The notes under the pieces: model-generated | What the model was told of the DNA's origin: nothing | What the model saw: only the letters and a program-made list of their open reading frames with translations | Databases searched by the model: none | Shown here: positions 16,981 through 24,000 of the stretch, in pieces | How the letters are laid out: each line of letters opens with the position of its first letter | How positions within the stretch are numbered: the stretch's first letter is position 1 | NCBI RefSeq assembly: GCF_003351745.1 | Contig: NZ_CP031222.1 | Span: forward strand, 454,207-478,206 | Reading direction: 5' to 3' | Length of the DNA: 24,000 bases | Origin: Aquirhabdus parva | Lineage (GTDB): Bacteria; Pseudomonadota; Gammaproteobacteria; Pseudomonadales; Moraxellaceae | Position numbers and translations under genes: made by a program

Positions 16981-18678
16981 ATGATGACGAATGGCGCACC
17001 AACCAACCGCAAAAACCTGATCGATTGTGTCCTGCATTGGGAACAGCAAAAACCAGATGCCATCTACCTGACCCAGCCTTATGGCGATGGTAACATTGTT
17101 GATTACACATGGCGTGAAGTGACTGATCAAGCCCGTCGTTTTGCTGCATATCTCCTGTCTTTAAACTACCCCAAAGGCAGTAATATCGCGATTTTGGGCA
17201 AAAACAGTGCCCATTGGATCATGGCGGATATCGCCATCTGGATGGCAGGCCACGTCAGTGTCCCGCTGTACTCCACGTTAAATGCGGAAACCGCACAATA
17301 TATTTTGCAAGATAGTGAAGCCAAACTGCTGATCTTGGGCAAGATGGATGGCACAACTGATACGTGGAATGACGTTAAAGATCATCTGCCAGCAGGTCTA
17401 CCCATCATCAGCCTACCGATGTCACCTCGCAATGATGTCCCACAGTGGCTAGACATCATCAAGCAGTATCCACCGCTGCAAGACGTCATCCAGCGTGATG
17501 ATGATGCGCTGGCGACCATCGTGTATACCTCGGGCAGTACGGGTAAGCCCAAAGGCGTCATGCACTGTTTCCGCTCCATGACTGCGGGGATGCAAGGACT
17601 ACAAGATGAGATGGGTGTGACGGAGAACGACCGCATGCTGTCTTATCTTCCACTGGCCCATGTGGCCGAGCGTGCGGCAGTCGAGACCAACTCCCTGTAC
17701 TCAGGATTTCGACTGTATTTTGCCGAGAAGCTGGAAACCTTTCAGGCCGATATTAAACGTGCGCGTCCTACCATATTCTTCTCAGTCCCTCGGTTGTGGA
17801 TGAAGTTTTACTTAGCCGTGAATCATAAAATGTCACCCGCGAAGCAGCGCATTTTGTTTGCTATTCCGATCCTGTCGGGATTCATTAAGAAAAAGATTTT
17901 AACCGAGCTTGGCTTTGATCAGATCCGCTTTGCGCTCACTGGCGCTGCACCGTTACCACCAGATATTATTTTGTGGTATCGCAAGCTCGGCTTAGAGCTG
18001 CTTGAAGTCTATGGCATGAGTGAAGACTTCGGAAACTCGCATTTAAGCCGTCCGGGCAAGGTGCGGATTGGCTATGTCGGCAGTCCTACGCCGGGTACGC
18101 TGAGTCGTATTGCTGCCAATGGCGAACTTGAGGTTAAAAGCCCAAGCCTGATGCTGGGGTATTACAAGCTGCCGGAAAAGACCGCAGAAGAGATGACACC
18201 TGATGGTTTCTTGCGAACAGGAGATCGTGGTGAATTTGATGCAGAAGGTCGCTTGCGGATTACCGGACGGGTTAAGGAGCTGTTTAAAACCAGCAAAGGT
18301 AAATATATCGCGCCTGCGCCAATAGAGAACAAATTTAATCATCCACAGCTTGAAGTGAGTTGTGTCACGGGGCCAGATTTGCCTCAACCGTTTATTTTGC
18401 TCATGCTCTCATTAGAAGCGCGGCAAGCGTTGGACAAAGGTACATTGAACCGTGAAACGCTTACGGGTGAATTCGATAAATTAATTAGCCAAGTGAATGC
18501 AACTCTAGAAGACCATGAAAAGCTGGCTTTTGCGGTCATCGTGAAAGATCAGTGGACGATGGAAAATGGCTTCTTGACGCCAACCATGAAGATCAAGCGC
18601 AATGTGATTGAAGAGCGCTATTTGCCATTTGCGGAAGGATGGCAGAAACAAGGGGTTCGGGTGATTTGGGAAACGTAA
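16981..18678 (+). CDS. long-chain acyl-CoA synthetase (AMP-forming, COG1022/FAA1-type)
   Basis: AMP-binding motifs are present: YTSGSTGKPKGV, YGMSE, TGDRGEFDAEGRLRITGRVKELFKTSKGKYIAPAPIE. AGGAAAGAG lies immediately upstream of ATG 16981. Confidence 0.9.
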   Translation: MMTNGAPTNRKNLIDCVLHWEQQKPDAIYLTQPYGDGNIVDYTWREVTDQARRFAAYLLSLNYPKGSNIAILGKNSAHWIMADIAIWMAGHVSVPLYSTLNAETAQYILQDSEAKLLILGKMDGTTDTWNDVKDHLPAGLPIISLPMSPRNDVPQWLDIIKQYPPLQDVIQRDDDALATIVYTSGSTGKPKGVMHCFRSMTAGMQGLQDEMGVTENDRMLSYLPLAHVAERAAVETNSLYSGFRLYFAEKLETFQADIKRARPTIFFSVPRLWMKFYLAVNHKMSPAKQRILFAIPILSGFIKKKILTELGFDQIRFALTGAAPLPPDIILWYRKLGLELLEVYGMSEDFGNSHLSRPGKVRIGYVGSPTPGTLSRIAANGELEVKSPSLMLGYYKLPEKTAEEMTPDGFLRTGDRGEFDAEGRLRITGRVKELFKTSKGKYIAPAPIENKFNHPQLEVSCVTGPDLPQPFILLMLSLEARQALDKGTLNRETLTGEFDKLISQVNATLEDHEKLAFAVIVKDQWTMENGFLTPTMKIKRNVIEERYLPFAEGWQKQGVRVIWET

Positions 18679-18694
18679 TCCAAAAGTGATTCAT

Positions 18695-18736
18695 AAAAAA
18701 AAAGCGCGATCCGTTTAAGGCATCGCGCTTTTTTTT
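18695..18736. terminator. bidirectional rho-independent terminator (acyl-CoA synthetase / valS)
   Basis: Nine A residues (18695-18703) precede the stem GCGCGAT (18704-18710) / ATCGCGC (18722-18728), which is followed by eight T residues (18729-18736). It lies between convergent stops at 18678 and 18753. Confidence 0.85.
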
Positions 18737-18752
18737 ATGCTTAACGGTTATT

Positions 18753-21656
18753 TTACAGAGCCGCTAATTGAGTCATTTGCACTTGCAAACGTCCCAACTG
18801 CTCTTGTTGCTCAGCAAGTTTGGCGCGTTCAACTTCAACCACGGCAGGCGGTGCTTTGGCAACAAAGCCTTCGTTCGACAGCTTGTTCGATAAGATATCG
18901 ACCGCTTTTTGCAGTTTATCAATGGATGATTGCAGGCGCGCTTGCTCAGCTTTGGGATCAACCAAACCTTTCATCGGGACAAACAAACTGACCTGCGCAA
19001 TCACGCTGCTGCAAGACAGAGGCGGCTCGACATCGGCATCCAGAATCTCAAGTGACTCGACCTTCGCCAGTGCTTTAAACAGTGGTGCAATACGTTCCAA
19101 TTGCTCACGTTCAGTCGCTGAAAGGTTCTTCAGCAAAACAGGCAACAGGCGTGCATTACCCAAGTTCATTTCACCGCGAATATTACGCACTGCGCTAATC
19201 AGATTTTGCAACCACTGCATGTCTGACTCGGCTTGATCACTGATCTTGCTGAGGTCGGGTTGTGGGTAAGCTGCCAGCATGATGGACGGTGTATTTTTAC
19301 GACCAATCATCGGTGCCAGTGTTTGCCAGATTTCTTCACTAAGGAATGGCATGAGTGGATGCAGCAAACGTAAACTGGTTTCTAGTACTGCAAGCAGTAC
19401 ACGACGGACTTCGGCCTTACGTTCGGGGCTGGTATCGCCGTTGAGTACAGGTTTGGTCAGTTCAACGTACCAGTCGCAGTATTCATTCCAGACAAAGTCA
19501 TAGATGGTCTGGGCGACCAGATCCAAGCGATAGTCGCCAAAGTGCTGATGAACCGCAGCTTCTGCACGTTGCAGACGGCTCATGATCCAGCGCTCAGGCA
19601 GCTCCCACAAGTCTGGGCGGGCTTCTTGTGCGATCTCATGGCCTTCGCAGTTCATCATCACGAAGCGCGTTGCGTTCCAGATCTTGTTGCAGAAGTTTCG
19701 ATAGCCTTCAACCCGTTTAAGATCGAACTTGATATCACGACCGGTATTGGCGAGTGCACAGAAAGTAAAGCGCAGGGCATCCGTACCAAAAGCGGGCAGA
19801 CCATCGGCAAATTCTTTACGGGTGGCTTTTTCGATCTTAGGTGCATCCTTAGGATTCATCAAACCCGTGGTGCGTTTAGCAACGAGGCTTTCCAAATCAA
19901 TGCCATCAATCAGGTCAATCGGGTCAAGCACGTTACCTTTGGACTTGGACATCTTTTGTCCTTCGCCATCACGTACTAGACCGTGTACATAGACGGTCTT
20001 AAACGGCACTTGCGGCGTGCCGTCTTCGTTTTTGACGAAGTGCAGGGTCATCATGATCATCCGGGCAACCCAGAAGAAAATGATGTCAAAACCTGTGACC
20101 AATACATCGGTTGGATGAAAGGTTTTCAGCTCTGGAGTATTTTCTGGCCAGCCCAGTGTAGAGAAGGTCCAGAGTGCTGAAGAGAACCATGTGTCGAGCA
20201 CGTCCTCGTCTTGACGTAGCGGTAAATCACTCGCCAAGTTGTGCTTGCTGCGCACTTCGGCTTCATCACGCCCAACATAGATATTACCCGCGTCGTCATA
20301 CCATGCAGGGATACGATGTCCCCACCACAGTTGACGCGAGATACACCAGTCTTGCAGGTTATTCATCCACGCCATATACATGTTGGTGTATTGCTCAGGC
20401 ACGAACTTGATCGAGCCATTCTGTACCGCTTCGACCGCAGGCTTGGCGAGTTCTGCCATGCTGACGTACCATTGGTCGGTCAATAATGGCTCAACGATCA
20501 CGCCAGAGCGGTCCCCTTTGGGCGCTTTTAAGGTATAGGGTTCGATCTTGTCCAGCCAGCCATTTTCAGTGGCTTCCAGCACAAGCTTCTTACGGGCAGC
20601 AAAACGCTCCAGACCCGCGTATTCAGCAGGGGCGGTGATGGTACTGGTAATCGGCGCACCCGCTTTTTCAAAGTAATCAAACTCGCCCAAAACTTCGGCA
20701 TTGAGATTGAAAATATTGATCATCGGTAGGCTATGACGCTTACCCATTTCAAAGTCATTGAAGTCATGCGCTGGGGTGATTTTGACGCAGCCAGTTCCAA
20801 ATTCTTTTTCGACATATTCATCGGCAATAATCGGGATCAAGCGTCCAGATAGTGGCAGGCGAACTTGTTTGCCGATCAAATGCTGGTAGCGTTCATCAGT
20901 AGGGTTAACGGCAACCGCTGTGTCGCCTAGCAGGGTTTCTGGACGTGTGGTTGCCACAACCAGATAGTTGTTACCGTCTTCGGTCTTCAGATTTTCATCC
21001 GCGAAGAAATATTTAAAGTGCCAGAGTGAGCCCGCAGTTTCGACACTCTCAACTTCAAGATCTGACAGTGCAGTGTGGAGCTTTGGATCCCAGTTCACCA
21101 GACGCTTACCACGGTAGATCAAGCCTTCTTCATGCAGGCGTACGAACACTTCTTTGACCGCATTGGATAAGCCATCATCCATGGTGAAACGTTCACGTGA
21201 CCAATCAACCGATGAACCCAAACGACGAATCTGCTTCGTGATGGTATTGCCTGACTCGGCTTTCCATTCCCAGATTTTTTCCAAGAATTTTTCACGGCCT
21301 AAATCATGACGGCTGACCCCTTGTGCCGCCAGTTGACGCTCGACCACCATCTGTGTCGCAATCCCAGCATGATCAGTGCCGACTTGCCACAAGGTGTTGT
21401 TGCCTTTCATACGGTGAAAGCGGGTCAGAGCGTCCATGATGGCATTATTAAAGCCATGACCCATGTGTAGGCTACCAGTCACATTGGGTGGCGGGATCAT
21501 GATGGAATAAGGCACGCCTGAACCTGATGGCTTAAAGTAGCCATTCTTTTCCCATTCGGCATACCAACGGCTTTCAATCGCAGCAGGATCAAAAGTCGTG
21601 GCAATGTTATTGTCAGAATTGGTGGTTTGGGACAAGTCAGTATCAGGTGCGGTCAT
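18753..21656 (-). CDS. valS: valine--tRNA ligase
   Basis: The 967-aa class I aaRS has the HMGH (HIGH) signature in [19 protein letters not shown] (QKMSKSKGN), a CP1 editing domain and a C-terminal coiled coil. ATG is at 21656. Confidence 0.97.
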   Translation of the reverse strand: MTAPDTDLSQTTNSDNNIATTFDPAAIESRWYAEWEKNGYFKPSGSGVPYSIMIPPPNVTGSLHMGHGFNNAIMDALTRFHRMKGNNTLWQVGTDHAGIATQMVVERQLAAQGVSRHDLGREKFLEKIWEWKAESGNTITKQIRRLGSSVDWSRERFTMDDGLSNAVKEVFVRLHEEGLIYRGKRLVNWDPKLHTALSDLEVESVETAGSLWHFKYFFADENLKTEDGNNYLVVATTRPETLLGDTAVAVNPTDERYQHLIGKQVRLPLSGRLIPIIADEYVEKEFGTGCVKITPAHDFNDFEMGKRHSLPMINIFNLNAEVLGEFDYFEKAGAPITSTITAPAEYAGLERFAARKKLVLEATENGWLDKIEPYTLKAPKGDRSGVIVEPLLTDQWYVSMAELAKPAVEAVQNGSIKFVPEQYTNMYMAWMNNLQDWCISRQLWWGHRIPAWYDDAGNIYVGRDEAEVRSKHNLASDLPLRQDEDVLDTWFSSALWTFSTLGWPENTPELKTFHPTDVLVTGFDIIFFWVARMIMMTLHFVKNEDGTPQVPFKTVYVHGLVRDGEGQKMSKSKGNVLDPIDLIDGIDLESLVAKRTTGLMNPKDAPKIEKATRKEFADGLPAFGTDALRFTFCALANTGRDIKFDLKRVEGYRNFCNKIWNATRFVMMNCEGHEIAQEARPDLWELPERWIMSRLQRAEAAVHQHFGDYRLDLVAQTIYDFVWNEYCDWYVELTKPVLNGDTSPERKAEVRRVLLAVLETSLRLLHPLMPFLSEEIWQTLAPMIGRKNTPSIMLAAYPQPDLSKISDQAESDMQWLQNLISAVRNIRGEMNLGNARLLPVLLKNLSATEREQLERIAPLFKALAKVESLEILDADVEPPLSCSSVIAQVSLFVPMKGLVDPKAEQARLQSSIDKLQKAVDILSNKLSNEGFVAKAPPAVVEVERAKLAEQQEQLGRLQVQMTQLAAL

Positions 21657-21911
21657 GGTATTCCAAGCATTTTTTAAAAAAGTTCAGCAGCAAAATGCGC
21701 TGCAAACTGATGACTAAAGGGTAATGGCCTATTGTAGCGGATTTTGATCGGATTTTGAGGGTGGTTTTGAGGGGATTGTACGTTGTCGATTTTTTAAGAA
21801 ATGATCGCGCTTGGGTCATGTTCAATATCGGCTTGCTGATGTGATACTCTCACAGCATAAGATTTAGACATGTTGTCATGTCACGTTTACAGACTATCGA
21901 GCGATTATAAA

Positions 21912-22736
21912 ATGACGTCATCTAGAACACAGCAAGGGAAGCTATCGAATCAAACCGTGTGGATCACCGGTGCATCCAGTGGCATCGGTGAGGCATTGGC
22001 GATTGCCTGTGCGGCACGTGGGGCCAATGTGGTTTTGAGTGCACGCCGCTTAGATGAGCTTGAACGGGTCAAGGCGGCTTGTGAGGAAGTGGGGCTTGGG
22101 CAGTTTTTAGCGGTGGCCTTGGATGTGACTGATGATATCGCTTGTGATCAGGCTTATTTTGATATTTCCAAACAAATGGGCAAGGTCGATTGGCTGATTA
22201 ACAATGCTGGCATCAGTCAGCGTTCACTCATCAGCGATACACTCACAGCAGTTGACCGTAAGATTATGGAAGTGGATTACTTTTCGGTAGTGAATCTGAC
22301 GCGCAAAGTCCTGCCGGATATGTTGAAGCGTCGATCTGGTAAAGTCATTTTTATTTCCAGTGTTGCAGGTCTGGTGGGCACGCAATATCGGGCCAGCTAT
22401 GCTGCGGCTAAAGCGGCCGTTCATTTATGGGCCAATAGCTTGCGTGCTGAAGTGGGCGGGCAGGGGATAGGCGTTAGCGTGGTCTTCCCCGGTTTTGTAA
22501 AAACCAACGTTTCGGTTGCAGCGCTAGTGGGCGATGGTTCAGAGCAAGGGACTATGGATGATGCGCAACATACGGCCATGAGTGCCACCGATTTTGCCGA
22601 GAAAACGGTTAAGGCTTTATTGGCGAACCGAGAATATATCGTGGTGGGCGGTGCGAAGGAAAAAGTTGCTGCGCTCTTATCGCGAGTCTCGCCCACGCTG
22701 TTGTATAAGGTCATTCGTCGCACGAAAGTCACATAA
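21912..22736 (+). CDS. SDR-family oxidoreductase
   Basis: The product has TGASSGIGEALA (cofactor motif), NNAG and S...YAAAKAA (YxxxK). The track start at 21870 adds 14 aa with no SD; ATG 21912 (MTSSRTQQGK) gives the usual N-terminal spacing, but neither start has a strong SD. Confidence 0.85.
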   Translation: MTSSRTQQGKLSNQTVWITGASSGIGEALAIACAARGANVVLSARRLDELERVKAACEEVGLGQFLAVALDVTDDIACDQAYFDISKQMGKVDWLINNAGISQRSLISDTLTAVDRKIMEVDYFSVVNLTRKVLPDMLKRRSGKVIFISSVAGLVGTQYRASYAAAKAAVHLWANSLRAEVGGQGIGVSVVFPGFVKTNVSVAALVGDGSEQGTMDDAQHTAMSATDFAEKTVKALLANREYIVVGGAKEKVAALLSRVSPTLLYKVIRRTKVT

Positions 22737-22758
22737 ATTTTTAGAAAAGCGGTGCAAT

Positions 22759-22793
22759 AAAAAATCCCCTCTGATTACAGTGGGGATTTTTTT
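22759..22793. terminator. bidirectional rho-independent terminator (SDR / outer-membrane factor)
   Basis: AAAAAA precedes the stem ATCCCC (22764-22769) / GGGGAT (22782-22787), which is followed by TTTTTTT. Confidence 0.75.
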
Positions 22794-22800
22794 AATCTGG

Positions 22801-22822
22801 CATTTTTCTACGTAGAAAAATG
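22801..22822. repeat. perfect 22-bp palindrome
   Basis: CATTTTTCTACGTAGAAAAATG is identical to its reverse complement. It lies 14 nt from the stop codon of the outer-membrane factor gene and 8 nt from the terminator T-run. Confidence 0.9.
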
Positions 22823-22836
22823 ACTAGATTTAGAGA

Positions 22837-24000
22837 TTAAGGCTTAGCAACTTGTGCAGCAGTCGTATTGCCATTAGTCACAGGCTGAGCATCTAGACCA
22901 ACACTATTGGTCGCGCCGCCGCCCAAAGCCGTATACAAATTCACTTGACTCAACAGTGCCTGCTGTTTCAAGGTGATCTGGGCTTGTTGACTGCTAAATA
23001 AGGCATTTTGTGCAGTCAATACACTCAGATAGCTATCCACACCTGCTTTAAAGCGAGACTGTGAGAGATCATAGTTAGACTGTGATGCCTCAACCAGACG
23101 GTTTTGGGATGCAAGACGTTCATCCAGTGTAGCGCGTGTTGCCAGTACATCAGAAACATCACGGAACGCAGTTTGAATGGATTTTTCATAGGAGTTCAGA
23201 GCCAACTTCTGGTCAACACGTGCTGACTCAAGAGTTGCTCGACGTGAGCCCCAATCAAAGATCGGCAGGTTAATTGAAGGTCCTACGCTCCATGCAAAAG
23301 AGCCCGATTTAAACAGATCGGACAATTGCGAACTGCCATAGCCGACATTACCAGTGAGGGTAATCGAAGGGAAGTAAGCCGCACGTGCCGCTGCAACATT
23401 ACCGCCTTGTGCTTTGAGCAAGAACTCTTGCTGCGCGATGTCAGGACGATGCTGTAGCAATTCACTTGGCAGACCAGCTGGCAGGTTCTGACTTGCGGTG
23501 ATCTGGTTGATCGCGCCAGTTGGAAGCAGATTGTCAGGTACGGTTTGGCCCACGACTAAGGTCAAGGCATTGCGGTCCTGAGCGATCTGAGTTTCAGCGT
23601 TTTTGGCAGCAAGAATCGCTGTTTCCACATTGATTTGGGCTTGTTTCACAGGTACTAATGAAATAATCCCTGCTTTAAACTGCTTTTGATTCAGATCATA
23701 AGACTCTTGTTGCGATTTCAGCGTTTGCTTCGCCAACTTGAGCTGCTCTTGGTCAAACGCTAGTTGCAGATAGTACTGAGCGATGGAACTCACCAAGCTG
23801 ATCTGTGCGGTTGAACGTGCACTTTGGGTCGCAAAGAAGCTTTGCAAAGCAGAATCTTTGAGATTCGCAACACGTCCCCAAAAATCGAGTTCATAGCCGG
23901 TTAGAGCCAAGCCAGCATTGTACTTGGTCGTGTTATCCGATTTGTTACCTGTAGTCGTTGAGCCAGCAGTTACACCTAAGCTAGGGAACTGAGCCGCACG
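22837..24000 (-). CDS. efflux transporter outer-membrane factor (NodT/OprM/AdeK-like), 3' part; continues beyond right edge
   Basis: The product shows the typical OMF repeat pattern (YELDFWGRV, PDIAQQEFLL, YFPSITLTGNVGY, LPIFDWG, LYTALGGG). The track start at 23910 is an internal TTG (Leu). I read the frame open from 23911 to 24000 (RAAQFPSLGVTAGSTTTGNKSDNTTKYNAG...). Confidence 0.9.
   Translation of the reverse strand, partial: RAAQFPSLGVTAGSTTTGNKSDNTTKYNAGLALTGYELDFWGRVANLKDSALQSFFATQSARSTAQISLVSSIAQYYLQLAFDQEQLKLAKQTLKSQQESYDLNQKQFKAGIISLVPVKQAQINVETAILAAKNAETQIAQDRNALTLVVGQTVPDNLLPTGAINQITASQNLPAGLPSELLQHRPDIAQQEFLLKAQGGNVAAARAAYFPSITLTGNVGYGSSQLSDLFKSGSFAWSVGPSINLPIFDWGSRRATLESARVDQKLALNSYEKSIQTAFRDVSDVLATRATLDERLASQNRLVEASQSNYDLSQSRFKAGVDSYLSVLTAQNALFSSQQAQITLKQQALLSQVNLYTALGGGATNSVGLDAQPVTNGNTTAAQVAKP

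Noticed and set aside
18773-20486. Multiple 60-145 aa ORFs on both strands inside valS (e.g. 18820..19236, 19542..19979)
   Set aside because: All are nested in or antisense to a full-length, motif-complete valS. Their products are rich in Arg, Ser and Cys, as expected for shadow frames.
21643-21825. 60-aa minus-strand ORF upstream of valS
   Set aside because: It overlaps the valS start, has no SD and reads as low-complexity intergenic-type sequence. It more likely reflects promoter DNA of the divergent valS and SDR genes.
1-24000. CRISPR arrays, tRNA, rRNA or other structured RNA genes
   Set aside because: I saw no spaced direct-repeat array, no cloverleaf-compatible segment and no rRNA-like conserved block in any intergenic region. 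All intergenic gaps are under 420 bp and are accounted for by promoters and terminators.

Overview
The window reads as a gammaproteobacterial chromosome, probably Acinetobacter or another Moraxellaceae member. That assignment is inferred from gene content only (an AceI/AceR-type PACE pump with a LysR partner, NagZ, Prc, CreD, ValS, an RND outer-membrane factor); no search was run. I support about 19 protein-coding genes and found no rRNA, tRNA, CRISPR array, transposase or integrase. Most genes are ordinary housekeeping or envelope genes: proA, nagZ, prc, creD, valS, an SDR, an HI0933-type flavoprotein, a PLP-dependent ACC-deaminase/D-Cys-desulfhydrase family enzyme, an acyl-CoA synthetase, and an efflux outer-membrane factor that runs off the right edge. 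Convergent gene ends carry clear A-run/stem/T-run bidirectional terminators. The main finding is a low-G+C insertion of about 2.7 kb (about 14233-16900) between the PLP enzyme gene and the acyl-CoA synthetase gene. It carries two overlapping minus-strand genes. The first encodes a 340-aa protein whose C-terminal half has the motif series and spacing of a diadenylate-cyclase (DisA_N/DAC) domain (HGCIIAV ... DGIIL ... GGARRRA ... SQDG), behind an unrecognised N-terminal domain of about 190 aa. The second encodes a 442-aa helical protein that I cannot place in any family. I propose this pair as a candidate undescribed nucleotide-second-messenger conflict or defence module; this is motif-level inference only. 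Secondary observations are an alpha/beta-hydrolase fused to a PilZ-like C-terminal domain, an AceI/AceR-like pump-regulator pair, two orphan small proteins flanking creD, and several unexplained palindromes and phased repeats in intergenic DNA. The ORF track translates GTG and TTG starts as M, so I moved several starts to internal ATGs that have a Shine-Dalgarno sequence.
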